A DNA stretch of 64,000 nucleotides from Nitrospiraceae bacterium (lineage in GTDB: Bacteria > Nitrospirota > Nitrospiria > Nitrospirales > Nitrospiraceae), in assembly GCA_037442105.1 (NCBI GenBank), contig JBBIQV010000009.1, positions 1 to 64,000 on the forward strand. Direction: 5' to 3'. The first letter of the stretch is position 1. Each line of letters begins with the position of its first letter. Shown piece by piece: positions 1 through 10,395 of this stretch. The position numbers were made by a program, and so were the translations under genes. The notes under the pieces are model-generated. The model made no database searches, was not told where the DNA came from, and was given only the letters and a program-made list of their open reading frames with translations.

Positions 1-85
1 CACCGGTCGCGACACATCCAGGCAGGTCGGGAATGTAGGCTGCGAAGTTCGAGGCCGCTTTTTCAATCACGATGGCGTACCGCAT
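1..85 (-). CDS. hicB: HicB-family antitoxin, 5' part (runs off the window edge)
   Basis: Manual translation of the reverse strand gives MRYAIVIEKAASNFAAYIPDLPGCVATG, the typical HicB N-terminus (PDLPGC.a.G). A GGGAG RBS lies upstream. Confidence 0.85.
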   Translation of the reverse strand, partial: MRYAIVIEKAASNFAAYIPDLPGCVATG

Positions 86-95
86 GGTCTGCTCC

Positions 96-191
96 CTATT
101 TCTTCCAGCCGGCTTGTTTTTGGTGGGAGAAAACTAAGGGGGCGGGGGCTTGCTGTCCACGACACTTACGATGTGCCCCACAGTTTTCCAT
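96..191 (-). pseudogene. Possible truncated HicA toxin remnant (31-codon ORF ending ...KQAGWKK)
   Basis: The stop codon sits directly before the hicB RBS and the last residues resemble HicA C-termini (..ILKQAGxK). The rest of the ORF does not resemble HicA. Confidence 0.4.
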
Positions 192-263
192 AGTCACCTC
201 TGTTGACGACCGCCCAGCCTCTGACGTATGGTGAGGCGCAATGTTAACGGAGATGATGCGATC

Positions 264-1217
264 ATGAAAATATACCTCGCGAATCCTCGTGGTTTTTGTG
301 CCGGCGTCGATCGGGCGATCGACATCGTGGACCTCTCGCTAAAAAAATACGGCGCGCCCATCTATGTCCGCCACGAGATCGTCCACAGCCGCCATGTCGT
401 GAACTCGCTGCGGCAGAAGGGGGCCGTGTTCGTGGAGGAGCTCAATGAAGTGCCGGAAGGCTCGGTGGTGATTTTCAGCGCGCACGGTGTCGCGAAGTCC
501 GTGTGGGAGGAGGCGGAAAGCCGCCGGCTTAAAGTGATCGACGCGACCTGCCCGCTGGTCATCAAGGTCCACAACGAAGTGAATCGCGACCATATGCAGG
601 GGTTTGAGCTGATTCTCATCGGCCATGCCGGACACCCCGAGGTCATCGGCACGCTCGGCCAGATTCCGGACAAGTTTCATCTCGTGTCGTCGGTGGCCGA
701 CGTCGAAACGCTCCATGTCGAGAATGGACGGCATTTGTCCTACGTTACACAGACTACGCTCAGCGTGGACGAATGCCGGGACATCGTCGATGCGCTCCAC
801 CGTCGGTTCCCCAACATCAAAGGACCTCATCAGGAAGACATTTGTTATGCCACCCAGAACCGCCAGAATGCGGTGAAAGAGTTGTCCAAATTGGTGGATG
901 TGATCCTGGTTATTGGGTCGCCCAACAGCTCGAACTCGAACCGCCTGCGCGAGCTAGGCGAGCATTGCGGAATTCCTTCCTATCTGATCGACTCGGCAGC
1001 GGACATCAACCCGGGCTGGCTCGCGAGCGCCAAAGCGGTCGGTATCACGGCCGGCGCCTCGGCGCCGGAGGTCCTCGTCACCGAGGTTGTGAGCTATCTG
1101 AAGGGGTACGGGCCCGCTGAAGTGAATGAGTTGACGGTGGTCGAAGAGGATGTCGAGTTCCTGCTCCCCAGAGAGCTCGTGAACATCGAGCCACTCGCCC
1201 GTCAGGCGGCAATCTAG
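264..1217 (+). CDS. ispH: 4-hydroxy-3-methylbut-2-enyl diphosphate reductase (LytB)
   Basis: Motifs [28 protein letters not shown] and TAGASAPE. Start placed at MKIYL. Confidence 0.97.
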   Translation: MKIYLANPRGFCAGVDRAIDIVDLSLKKYGAPIYVRHEIVHSRHVVNSLRQKGAVFVEELNEVPEGSVVIFSAHGVAKSVWEEAESRRLKVIDATCPLVIKVHNEVNRDHMQGFELILIGHAGHPEVIGTLGQIPDKFHLVSSVADVETLHVENGRHLSYVTQTTLSVDECRDIVDALHRRFPNIKGPHQEDICYATQNRQNAVKELSKLVDVILVIGSPNSSNSNRLRELGEHCGIPSYLIDSAADINPGWLASAKAVGITAGASAPEVLVTEVVSYLKGYGPAEVNELTVVEEDVEFLLPRELVNIEPLARQAAI

Positions 1218-1261
1218 ACCCAAACTCATGTCAAACTTCTTTCTGATCCAATCTCCCAATC

Positions 1262-1293
1262 TATAGGGGGATAAGGAAGTCTTTCCCCCTATA
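1262..1293. terminator. 10-bp perfect inverted repeat after ispH (terminator or operator)
   Basis: TATAGGGGGA (1262-1271) and TCCCCCTATA (1284-1293), followed by a T-rich tract. Confidence 0.45.
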
Positions 1294-1398
1294 TCCAGTA
1301 TTTTTCTTTGATTTCCTCGCTGGCGCTGTGGTACAAGGGCCGAGATTTTATCTGTTCAGGTAGCCAATCCAGCGGACCTATTCTTGGAGGGATACCGG

Positions 1399-4300
1399 AT
1401 GTACCTCAAGTCCTTAGAGATGGTGGGATTCAAGTCCTTCGCCGAAGCCAAGATCGAATTTCCTGAGGGCATCACCGCAATCGTCGGACCGAACGGAAGC
1501 GGGAAAAGCAATGTGGTCGATGCCATCCTTTGGGTTCTGGGCGAGCAAAGCACCAAGACCTTGAGGAGCGAGCGGATGGAAGATGTCATTTTCAACGGCA
1601 CGGCCGTGCGCAAGCCGTTGGGGATGGCCGAGGTCTCGCTGATTATTGGGGGGTTCGACAACCAGAAGTTGGACGGCCTGTCCGGATTGTCCACCCAATT
1701 GAGCGAGTTCCAGGAGCTGATGATCACCCGCCGTCTCTATCGGAACGGGGACAGCGAATATCTCATCAATAAGACTCCCTGCCGTCTCAAAGATATTCGG
1801 GGCATCCTGTTGGATACGAGAGCCGGCTCGAAGGGCCACACGGTCATTGAGCAGGGCCGGATCGACCAGATTCTCAATGCGTCACCGCAGGATCGCCGCG
1901 AGCTGATCGAAGAAACGGCCGGCATCGTGCGGTACAAGAAGCAGAAGGCCGAAGCGCTTCGGAAGCTCGATGCGACGCAGCAGAACTTGCTGCGGGTGCG
2001 TGACATCATTGCGGAAGTGAAAAAGCAGCTCAATTCGCTCGAACGCCAAGCGCGGCAGGCGCGTTCCTACCAGACCCTCCAGGAGGAAGCGAGAGGGCTG
2101 GAAATCCGGCTGCTCACAAGAGAATACCGTGCGTTGCGCCTGGTGTTGGAGACCGTGGAGGCGGAGATTCACAAGTTGGATATGGAGGAAACAGGCCAGG
2201 CGGCGGAGCAGGCCCGGTTCGGAGCGGAACTTGAAACCACTAAGCTGGGCATCGCGGCGGCGGCCGAATCGATCCATGGCGTGCGTGAGGAATTAAGTCG
2301 GGTGGAGCATGCGCAGGCCCAGGCACTCACGGCGGCTGAAGTGGAACGGAACCGGAGTGAGCTGTTCGACCAGCAGCGCGGTCAGGCTGCTCAAGAACTT
2401 TCGCGTGTCACCACGGAGCGGCAGGAGACTGCCGCCGAGGTTGCATCTCTGCAGGCCACGCTTGATCAACTCGAGAAGGAGATGGCCGAGCGCGAACAGT
2501 CGTTGGCCGACCTGGATCAGATCGTGCGCGAAGCAGCGGCCCAACGGGCTGCTGTAGCGGCAGAAGAAGAACGCGGACGCCTCGACATCGTCAATCTCAC
2601 GGTACTGGTGGCCAACGCGGAGCAGACGTTGCTGCAACTGGCAGCCCGTGGACAAGAGATTGCGACGCGTAGAAGCCGGCTCGCAAGCGAGCAGGAAGAA
2701 CTGGAATCGCATCGGTTCTCGCTGTGTGCGCAACGCGACCGCGCGATCGTCCAACGGCAGGAGGCCGAGCAGCAACTCGTGGGACTCACGCAACAGCGGT
2801 TGCAGCTCCTCGCCGAAGCCGAGCAGGTGGGTGCACAATCGGCAGACACCGAGCACCAAGTCATCGGGCAAGCGGAGGAGTTGGCGGCGGTGGATTCCCG
2901 CTTGCGCGCGCTCCAGAGTGTCCTGCTCGAAGAAATGGGATATGGCCGCGGAGGGGAAGACGGCACCGCGTTGAAGTCTTGTGAGGGGGTGCGCGAGGCA
3001 TTGGCGGAATGGTTGGTGGTGCCGCCGGGACTTGATCGGGCGGTAGAGGCCATTCTGGGGGAACGACTGAGAGGCTGGTTGGTGGATCATCCATCTGCCG
3101 CCTGCCGCGCGGTCGAGTTCTTGAAGCGCAAGGAATTAGGCCGCGGCACATTCATGCCGCAGGTTCCCCGGTGGACGGCTGGGCACGCGAATAATATTCC
3201 CGCCTGGTGGCCTGTTCTGGCGGAGCGACCCGGCGTGATCGGGCTGGCGATCGATCTGGTGCAGGCTCCGAGCCAGGCCGAAGCGACGCTCCACTACCTG
3301 TTTGATGGGATTGTGATCGTGGGAACGCTGGACACGGCGGTCTCATTGTGGGAGCGTCACGACTGGTCGGCGCCGGACGGTCCCGTCTTGGTCACCGTGG
3401 CCGGTGAGGTGCTCGATGCAGCGGGGACAATCTCCGGAGGGAGTTCGGCTGCCACAGGTGGACTGCTCCAGCGGCGGCGAGAGGTGTTGGAGCTCGAAGG
3501 ACAACGGGAGAAGTTGGTCGGCGCGGTTGAGCTGGCCCGACAACGCCGGGAAGAGTTGGTAGCCCGAACCGCCACGCTGCGGGACGAGGAACGACGGGCG
3601 GGAGAGCATATTCGAGATGCGGAGATGGCGGCCCTTTCGCTCCACAAGGACGAGGCGGGCCTGAATCGGCAACTCGCTGAGATCGACAGGCGTCTTGAGA
3701 TGGTCATGGATGAGGTTCGGAAAGGACGTGACGAGCAGGCGCGTGTCGAACAGGATGTTCGCTCAGGCCAGGCGCAATTGGAACAGTGGGTGAAGGAAAA
3801 GGGCGGGCAGGAAGCCGAGCTGGGCCGTGTCAAGGCCAGGCTCACGCATCTGGAACAGGAACTGGGTGTGCTTCAACAGCGCGTGACCGACGCCCGTCTG
3901 CAGACCGAGAGCGCGCGCTCGCGTCGCGAGCACGGGGCGGCGGATCTCGCACGCTTGAATCAACAGCAACGGGAATCGGAGGAGCGGGCCCGCGCGCTGG
4001 AGGAACAAATCGCCTGTCTCGCAGCGGCTATCGAGCGCAGTCGGGACGAACGCCAACGACAGGAATCTCTGTGCCAAGAGCTAAGCCTGACAGTTGATTG
4101 CCTGAAGGCCGAGCTGGTGGCCGCCCAGGAGCGGCAGGTTCAGGCGATGGCCGTCGCCGATCAGGTCGAAATGGCGCTGGCAGGAGTGCGGAAGGCTTTG
4201 TCGGCGCTCCGCGAGGTGCGGATGGGGGCGGAGGTCCGCAAGGCGGAAGTGAAGACCCAACTTGCGAATGTCGAAGGCACGCTTTCCGGGACCTACCAGC

Positions 4301-5073
4301 TCACACCTGCCATGCTGATCGAGTCGTCGACTCCGGAGTGTGAAGGAACGGTCAGTGCGCCAAGCGAGTCGAGCGTGGTAGATCACAGTGAGGATGAGCT
4401 GCGGGATCAACTGAGGAAGATCCGGGAACGTTTGGATCGGATGGGTCCCATCAATCTGGCCGCAATAGAGGAACATCGGGAACTGGAGGAGCGCTACCGC
4501 TTTCTGTCCTCCCAGGAACAGGATTTGTCGAATTCAATCGGCTCGCTCAAGGAGATCATCCAGCGGATCAATCGCACGACCAAAGATATGTTTCTGTCGA
4601 CGTTCAACGAATTGCAGCAGAAGTTCGGCGACGTCTTCACGCAATTCTTCCCCGGCGGGCGTGCCGAACTGGTCCTGGTCGATGAGCCGGTGGAACAGGG
4701 CATAGAAGGCGATGGCAAGCAGGAGCCCGGTGTGGACATTGTGGCTCAACCGCCCGGCAAACGCCTGAAAAGCATTACGATGCTCTCCGGCGGCGAAAAA
4801 ACCCTGACCGCCATGGCGCTGCTGTTCGCCAGTTTCTTGATTCGCCCGACCCCGTTCTGCATCTTGGATGAGATCGATGCGCCGCTCGATGAGGAAAATA
4901 TCGGGCGCTTCACATCGGTGCTCAAGGAGTTGGCCCGTAGCGCCCAGTTCATGGTGATCACCCATAATAAACGAACGATGGCGATGGCCGACTCCTTGTT
5001 CGGCGTGACGATGGAGGAGCCGGGCATCTCTGCGTTGGTGTCAGTGCGCTTGGCGGACTTGCAGCCTGCTTAG
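1399..5073 (+). CDS. smc: Chromosome segregation protein SMC
   Basis: GFKSF, Walker A GPNGSGKSN, long coiled coils, hinge, LSGGE signature and LDEIDAPLD Walker B/D-loop. Confidence 0.97.
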   Translation: MYLKSLEMVGFKSFAEAKIEFPEGITAIVGPNGSGKSNVVDAILWVLGEQSTKTLRSERMEDVIFNGTAVRKPLGMAEVSLIIGGFDNQKLDGLSGLSTQLSEFQELMITRRLYRNGDSEYLINKTPCRLKDIRGILLDTRAGSKGHTVIEQGRIDQILNASPQDRRELIEETAGIVRYKKQKAEALRKLDATQQNLLRVRDIIAEVKKQLNSLERQARQARSYQTLQEEARGLEIRLLTREYRALRLVLETVEAEIHKLDMEETGQAAEQARFGAELETTKLGIAAAAESIHGVREELSRVEHAQAQALTAAEVERNRSELFDQQRGQAAQELSRVTTERQETAAEVASLQATLDQLEKEMAEREQSLADLDQIVREAAAQRAAVAAEEERGRLDIVNLTVLVANAEQTLLQLAARGQEIATRRSRLASEQEELESHRFSLCAQRDRAIVQRQEAEQQLVGLTQQRLQLLAEAEQVGAQSADTEHQVIGQAEELAAVDSRLRALQSVLLEEMGYGRGGEDGTALKSCEGVREALAEWLVVPPGLDRAVEAILGERLRGWLVDHPSAACRAVEFLKRKELGRGTFMPQVPRWTAGHANNIPAWWPVLAERPGVIGLAIDLVQAPSQAEATLHYLFDGIVIVGTLDTAVSLWERHDWSAPDGPVLVTVAGEVLDAAGTISGGSSAATGGLLQRRREVLELEGQREKLVGAVELARQRREELVARTATLRDEERRAGEHIRDAEMAALSLHKDEAGLNRQLAEIDRRLEMVMDEVRKGRDEQARVEQDVRSGQAQLEQWVKEKGGQEAELGRVKARLTHLEQELGVLQQRVTDARLQTESARSRREHGAADLARLNQQQRESEERARALEEQIACLAAAIERSRDERQRQESLCQELSLTVDCLKAELVAAQERQVQAMAVADQVEMALAGVRKALSALREVRMGAEVRKAEVKTQLANVEGTLSGTYQLTPAMLIESSTPECEGTVSAPSESSVVDHSEDELRDQLRKIRERLDRMGPINLAAIEEHRELEERYRFLSSQEQDLSNSIGSLKEIIQRINRTTKDMFLSTFNELQQKFGDVFTQFFPGGRAELVLVDEPVEQGIEGDGKQEPGVDIVAQPPGKRLKSITMLSGGEKTLTAMALLFASFLIRPTPFCILDEIDAPLDEENIGRFTSVLKELARSAQFMVITHNKRTMAMADSLFGVTMEEPGISALVSVRLADLQPA

Positions 5074-5129
5074 GTGAATCTCAGCCGGGCCGAAACCCTC
5101 CATAGTTCAAGGTCTGCCGACCCTCTTGC

Positions 5130-5158
5130 TTGACTTGCAGAGGGGGCTCTGTTATAAG
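5130..5158 (+). promoter_or_regulatory. Sigma70-type promoter for the shc operon
   Basis: TTGACT-17 bp-TATAAG with an extended -10 TG, about 110 bp upstream of shc. Confidence 0.55.
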
Positions 5159-5270
5159 CCGATTCGGTGCTGCCTTTGGGATGGATGATGGAGTTCCATC
5201 CGGTCTTGAACAGAATATGGAACTACCGCGATAGAGAATCCCGCCATCCCCTGTCGTCCACGGACCAACG

Positions 5271-7448
5271 ATGAATCTGCTCAAGGCTTTGCTGCATCGC
5301 CTGTCTGATAGCTTGTCCACAGCCGTCCCTGGGACGTTGCGGACGGTGTCGGAACTCTCTCAAGTCCCCTCCCTCCGCCTCGTGTCGGAGAAGTCTCACG
5401 CAACCAATCAGGGAGAGACAACGTCTCGTCGGCCCGGCAGCCATCCCGCCGGCCAGCTTGATGCGCTCGATGAAGCCATTCGCCGCAGCCAAGCCTGGTT
5501 CTTCGCCAGGCAACATGCACTCAGTGGATACTGGGTGGCGGAGCTGGAGGCCGATACGACCCTCACCTCCGAATATCTGATGCTGCGTCGCTTTCTGGAT
5601 CGGGTTGACCCCGAAAGGGAACGGAAGGCGGTCCGATATCTGAAAGCGACTCAGTTGCCGGATGGTGGATGGCCGATCTACTACGGCGGTCCGTCCGAAA
5701 TCAGCGCATCCGTCAAAGCGTACTTCGCCTTGAAATTGAGCGGGGTGTCGGCGAGCGAACCCTTCATGCGCCGGGCAAAGGACTGCATTCTTGCCAAGGG
5801 CGGCGTAGTCAGTGCGAATGTGTTCACGAAGATCGCGCTCGCCCTCTTCGATCAATACGATTGGCGGGGAATTCCAAGCATGCCGCCTGAGCTCATGCTG
5901 CTGCCTAAGCGATTCTACTTCAGCGTCTATGCGATCTCGTATTGGTCGCGCGCCGTTCTGATTCCGCTGCTCATCGTCTTTGCCCATCGTCCTGTGTGTC
6001 GCATTCCGGAGGAACAGGGAATCGGCGAGCTCTATCTGGTGTCCCGCAGCCAGGTCTCGTACGGTCAGGTGCCGCCCTTCAAGAAAGATCGGACGTGGCT
6101 CACGGCGAGAAACTTCTTCATCACATTGGATGGCATATTGAAGTGGTACGATCGCATGCCGCTCGGCTGGCTCCGCGAGAAGGCCTTGCACAAGGCCGCG
6201 ACGTGGATGTTGGAGCATATCAAGGGGAGCGGCGGGCTGGGAGCGATCTACCCTGCGATGGCGAACTCTGTTGTGGCGCTCAAGTGCCTGGGCTACGACA
6301 CGGACGATCCGCTGGTCGTGAAAGCGCTTCGAGAAATTGAAGAGCTGGAAGTCTACGATGTCGTAAGCGAGGGGAATCAGCGCGTCGAGTCGCTGCATCT
6401 GCAGCCCTGCTTCTCGCCCGTTTGGGACACGGCGCTGTTGCTGAATGCATTGGTCGAGACCGGCCTGCCGCAGGATCACCCGGCGTTGGTCAAGGCTGCG
6501 AACTGGCTCGTGTCGAAACAGGCGAGGACTGTCGGCGATTGGATCGTGTCTTCTCCAAAGGCCGAGCCGGGCGGCTGGTACTTCCAATTCGAAAACGAGA
6601 TGTATCCGGATGTCGATGATTCTGCCGTCGTGTTGATGGCTTTGGCCAAGGTCCGCATGGAACAAGAAGCGTCGCAGAACGAGTCGATCCGTCGTGGCTA
6701 TCGATGGGTGACGGCAATGCAAGGTTCGGACGGCGGCTGGGGGGCTTACGACAAGGACAATAATCGTGTCGTTTTCAATTACATCCCCTTCGCCGACCAC
6801 CGGGCGCTCTTGGATCCCAGCACCTCCGATTTGGCCGGACGCTGTTTGGAGATGTTGGCTACGCTCGGTTATGACAGGACCCATCCAGCCGTGGCTCCCG
6901 CGCTCAAGTTCCTCAAGAAGGAACAGGAAGCAGACGGGAGTTGGTATGGCCGGTGGGGAGTCAATTACATATATGGAACCTGGTCTGTCCTCGCGGGCTT
7001 GCGGGCGATCGGAGAAGACCTCTCATCCCCCTCCGTCCGGCGGGCGGTCGCTTGGTTGGAGGCGAAGCAGAATTCAGACGGCGGGTGGGGCGAGTCCTGC
7101 CTGTCTTATGTGAATTCGGCCGAAGGCGGCAAGGGAGAGAGCGCTCCGTCGCAGACCGCATGGGCGTTGATGGGCCTCATGCTGGCCGGTGCCTCGGATT
7201 CGTTCAGCGTCGCGCGCGGGATTCAATACTTGCTTCGCCAGCAATTGAAAGACGGATCCTGGGAAGAGGTCCGCCACACAGGTACCGGATTCCCACGCGT
7301 CTTCTATCTCCGCTATCATTGGTATTGCCAGTACTTCCCCCTATGGGCGCTTGCGATGTATCGCAATCTCAGGACCCGCGGCCGTACGCGGGCTGACGAA
7401 TTGTGTGAGCAGGCCCGCGACTCCGGGCGGTATCGGTTCGATCATTGA
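5271..7448 (+). CDS. shc: Squalene-hopene cyclase (HpnF)
   Basis: Catalytic DXDD motif (YPDVDDSA), QW repeats (QxxDGGWG), SPVWDT and GTGFP. Confidence 0.97.
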   Translation: MNLLKALLHRLSDSLSTAVPGTLRTVSELSQVPSLRLVSEKSHATNQGETTSRRPGSHPAGQLDALDEAIRRSQAWFFARQHALSGYWVAELEADTTLTSEYLMLRRFLDRVDPERERKAVRYLKATQLPDGGWPIYYGGPSEISASVKAYFALKLSGVSASEPFMRRAKDCILAKGGVVSANVFTKIALALFDQYDWRGIPSMPPELMLLPKRFYFSVYAISYWSRAVLIPLLIVFAHRPVCRIPEEQGIGELYLVSRSQVSYGQVPPFKKDRTWLTARNFFITLDGILKWYDRMPLGWLREKALHKAATWMLEHIKGSGGLGAIYPAMANSVVALKCLGYDTDDPLVVKALREIEELEVYDVVSEGNQRVESLHLQPCFSPVWDTALLLNALVETGLPQDHPALVKAANWLVSKQARTVGDWIVSSPKAEPGGWYFQFENEMYPDVDDSAVVLMALAKVRMEQEASQNESIRRGYRWVTAMQGSDGGWGAYDKDNNRVVFNYIPFADHRALLDPSTSDLAGRCLEMLATLGYDRTHPAVAPALKFLKKEQEADGSWYGRWGVNYIYGTWSVLAGLRAIGEDLSSPSVRRAVAWLEAKQNSDGGWGESCLSYVNSAEGGKGESAPSQTAWALMGLMLAGASDSFSVARGIQYLLRQQLKDGSWEEVRHTGTGFPRVFYLRYHWYCQYFPLWALAMYRNLRTRGRTRADELCEQARDSGRYRFDH

Positions 7449-7503
7449 CCGGTACGCGTTCGCCACAGCCCGTTGTCTCTCCTCGTTTTCTCGGAGATTC
7501 CCG

Positions 7504-8262
7504 GTGAACCCGGTTGGAATTTTCGTGGCCACTCGATGGGAGCTGAATGCCGTCAAACGGGCTCTGATGATGGAAGACGAGCGGATTGTGAATGGAGTAC
7601 GGTGTCTCATCGGTCGTCGCGGCACCTGCTCGTCTTGGCTGATTCGCACCGGTGTTGGGACAGAGCGCGCTGGACGGATTGGCCACGCTGTCACGTCGGC
7701 GACTTCGTTCTCGGTGGTGATCTCGACCGGCTTCGCTTGTGCATTGGTGCCGGCGAGAATCGGCGATCTACTGATCGGGACCGACGTGGTGTGTCGCTCG
7801 CCGGCGACGCAAGACTGGGAAGCGGTCGACTGCGCGACGGTCTATCGAATGGCGGCTCTCGATGCGGCTCGAGTCGCCGGTGTTGCTGCCCAGGCTGGGC
7901 GGTTTGTGACGGTGCCGGAGGTGCTGTGGCGTGCTCAGCAAAAGCAGGACACCGCATCGGCGACCGGCGGGCTCGGTCTTGATATGGAAAGCGGTGCGCT
8001 GGCCGGTGTCGCCAAGAAGACGGGCATTCCCTTTGCGGTCGTGAGGACCGTTTCCGATCTCGTGGATGAGAATCTCCCTCTTGACTTCAACCTGTTTCTC
8101 AGGCCCACTGGATGGCTGCAGGGCGCGTTGGCCTGTCTGTCGAACCCGTGCTGGATGGCTGGCTTGTGGCGGTTGCGGGCGCAGAGTGCCAAGGCCGCGT
8201 CGCAGCTCACGCGGTTCTACGAACGATTCCTGGATCAGCTCGGCGCTGTGGCAGGAGCCTGA
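7504..8262 (+). CDS. Nucleoside phosphorylase family protein, HpnG-like
   Basis: PNP/MTA nucleosidase motifs (TGVG, ISTGFAC, DMES, VVRTVSD), directly after shc. GTG start with a GGAG RBS. Confidence 0.8.
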   Translation: MNPVGIFVATRWELNAVKRALMMEDERIVNGVRCLIGRRGTCSSWLIRTGVGTERAGRIGHAVTSATSFSVVISTGFACALVPARIGDLLIGTDVVCRSPATQDWEAVDCATVYRMAALDAARVAGVAAQAGRFVTVPEVLWRAQQKQDTASATGGLGLDMESGALAGVAKKTGIPFAVVRTVSDLVDENLPLDFNLFLRPTGWLQGALACLSNPCWMAGLWRLRAQSAKAASQLTRFYERFLDQLGAVAGA

Positions 8263-8284
8263 ACGATTAGGAGAAGCAAAGCGT

Positions 8285-9052
8285 ATGACGATGGTCGTGC
8301 ATATTGGCCGGACTGCGCTGGACATGATCCAGGAAATGGGACGGATGCTGATCTTCGTCCTGTCGTCCTTCGCCTGGCTGCTCCGTCCCCCCGCGCGACT
8401 GTATCAAATCCTGAAGCAACTGCATTTCATCGGCTACAAGTCGACGTTCGTGGTGGTCCTGACGGCCGCGTTTACCGGCATGGTGCTGGGGCTGCAAGGG
8501 TATTACACGTTGCGGAAGTTCGGGTCGGAAGCGGTGCTGGGGTCGGCGGTGGCGTTGAGCATGATCCGCGAGCTTGGTCCCGTGCTTGCCGCTTTGATGG
8601 TGACTGCGCGGGCGGGATCGGCCATGACGGCGGAAATCGGCATCATGCGGATCACCGAGCAGATCGACGCCATGGACACCATGGCGATCAATCCTCTCCA
8701 GTACCTGATCGCTCCAAAACTTGTAGCGGGGCTGATCGGCGTTCCCTTGTTGGTGGCCATCTTCGACGTGGTGGGGATTTATGGCGGCTATGTGGTCGGC
8801 GTCGATCTATTGGGCGTGAATCCGGGGTCCTATTGGAGTTCGATCGAGTCGGCGGTGGAATGGAAGGATGTCTATGGCGGCATCCTCAAATCGATCAGCT
8901 TCGGGCTGATCGTCAGTTGGATTTGCTGTTACAAAGGGTTCTACACCAAACAGAGCGCGGAAGGGCTCGGGACTGCGACGACGGAAGCGGTGGTGCTGTC
9001 GTCCGTCCTGATTTTGGTGTGGGATTATTTTCTGACGTCGGTGCTGTTGTAA
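8285..9052 (+). CDS. mlaE: MlaE family ABC permease
   Basis: RELGPVLAALMVTARAGSAMTAEIGIMRITEQIDAM signature. Confidence 0.93.
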   Translation: MTMVVHIGRTALDMIQEMGRMLIFVLSSFAWLLRPPARLYQILKQLHFIGYKSTFVVVLTAAFTGMVLGLQGYYTLRKFGSEAVLGSAVALSMIRELGPVLAALMVTARAGSAMTAEIGIMRITEQIDAMDTMAINPLQYLIAPKLVAGLIGVPLLVAIFDVVGIYGGYVVGVDLLGVNPGSYWSSIESAVEWKDVYGGILKSISFGLIVSWICCYKGFYTKQSAEGLGTATTEAVVLSSVLILVWDYFLTSVLL

Positions 9053-9056
9053 ACAA

Positions 9057-9127
9057 AGCCAGTAGCCAGCAGCAAATAGCGAATAGCTCTGAGCTATTCG
9101 CTGCTCGCTGCTCGCTGTTCGCTAGCT
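9057..9127. repeat. Inverted array of degenerate 7-mers (AGCnnnT type)
   Basis: agccagt agccagc agcaaat agcgaat agct-ctg-agct attcgct gctcgct gctcgct gttcgct agct fills almost the whole mlaE-mlaF gap. Confidence 0.85.
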
Positions 9128-9886
9128 ATGATCAAACTCGTCGGTGTGGAAAAAACTCTCGGGGGTCAGCCGGTACTGCGCGGCATCGACTTGGAGATTC
9201 CAAAAGGCAAGCTCACGGCGATCATCGGCCGAAGCGGGGAAGGCAAGAGCGTTCTGCTCAAACATATGATCGGGCTGCTTCAACCGGATCGGGGGGAAGT
9301 TTGGGTCGATGGTATCGAGATCTCCCGGCTGAAGGGCCGGGAACTCAACGAAGTGCGCAAACGGTTCGCCATGTTGTTCCAAGGCGCGGCGCTATTCGAC
9401 TCGCTGACCGTGTTCGAGAACGTGGCGTTTCCGTTGAGAGAGAAGTTGCGGTTGAAGGGGCCGGACGTCACGCGCCGCGTGGAGGAAAAGTTGGAACAGG
9501 TGGGGCTGGCCGGCATGGGCCACAAGTTCCCTGCCGAGCTGAGCGGTGGCATGAAAAAGAGGGCAGGGTTGGCGCGCGCGCTCGTGATGGAGCCGGAGAT
9601 CATTCTCTTTGACGAACCCACGACGGGCTTGGATCCTCTGATGGCAAAGACGATTCATGACCTCATTGTGGCGATGCAGCAGAAATTCGGGTTCACAGCC
9701 GTGATGGTGAGTCACGAGATTCCCGAGGTGTTCGGGATTTCCGACTGGGTGGCCATGTTGAAGGATGGGAAGATCGTTGCGATGGCGCTTTCTCCCGATT
9801 TCCAGCGGATTGCGGATCCTGAGATTCGAGAATTCATCTCTGTAGGTGGCACGGTCCCCTTGATCGGGGCTGCACCCAGAAGTTAA
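9128..9886 (+). CDS. mlaF: MlaF family ABC ATPase
   Basis: GRSGEGKS, LFQGAALFDS, LSGGMKKR and DEPTTGLDP. Confidence 0.93.
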   Translation: MIKLVGVEKTLGGQPVLRGIDLEIPKGKLTAIIGRSGEGKSVLLKHMIGLLQPDRGEVWVDGIEISRLKGRELNEVRKRFAMLFQGAALFDSLTVFENVAFPLREKLRLKGPDVTRRVEEKLEQVGLAGMGHKFPAELSGGMKKRAGLARALVMEPEIILFDEPTTGLDPLMAKTIHDLIVAMQQKFGFTAVMVSHEIPEVFGISDWVAMLKDGKIVAMALSPDFQRIADPEIREFISVGGTVPLIGAAPRS

Positions 9887-9901
9887 AAGAGGAGTTGCCA
9901 G

Positions 9902-10345
9902 GTGGAGCGGACGAAGTTGGAGTTGATCGTCGGGGTCTTTGTCTTGGTGGGAGTGGTCTGCCTGGCGTATCTGTCGATCAAACTCGGTAAGCTGGAAGTG
10001 ATCGGCGGTGATGTCTATGTCGTGCAGGCGCAGTTCGATTCCGCCTCCGGTCTCAAAGCGGGATCGACCGTGGAAATCGCCGGCGTCGAGGTCGGGCGAG
10101 TCAAGGCGATCGCTCTGAAAGACGATCGAGCGACGGTCACACTGGCGATCCATGACGGGGTGAAGCTGTACACGGACACTATCGCGTCCATCAAGACGCG
10201 CGGGATTATCGGGGAAAAGTTTATGGCACTCTCGCCCGGGGGCGGAGGCGATCCGTTGAAGCCGGGCGACACGATTCGGGATACTGAGTCCGGTCTGGAC
10301 CTGGAAGAGTTGGTCAGCCAATATGTGCATGGGAAGGTAAAGTAA
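9902..10345 (+). CDS. mlaD: MCE-domain protein MlaD
   Basis: N-terminal TM helix, FDSASGLKAGSTVEIAGVEVGRV and TRGIIGEKF. GTG start with an AGGAG RBS. Confidence 0.92.
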   Translation: MERTKLELIVGVFVLVGVVCLAYLSIKLGKLEVIGGDVYVVQAQFDSASGLKAGSTVEIAGVEVGRVKAIALKDDRATVTLAIHDGVKLYTDTIASIKTRGIIGEKFMALSPGGGGDPLKPGDTIRDTESGLDLEELVSQYVHGKVK

Positions 10346-10395
10346 TAGATCGTCGAAAGGCGGAAGGCGTGATGATCGAAAAGGGGGTTCGAGGG

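Noticed and set aside
1399..5073. SMC as a Wadjet/MksB defence component
   Set aside because: It is a canonical full-length SMC with a hinge, and no jetA/B/D-like neighbours are present.
5223..6884. 553-aa antisense ORF over shc, and similar long shadow ORFs (9392-10453, 39744-40784, 46531-47550, 48044-49174, 51412-52554, 62923-63861)
   Set aside because: They lie opposite well-supported genes and have no recognisable motifs. Such ORFs are expected in GC-rich DNA.
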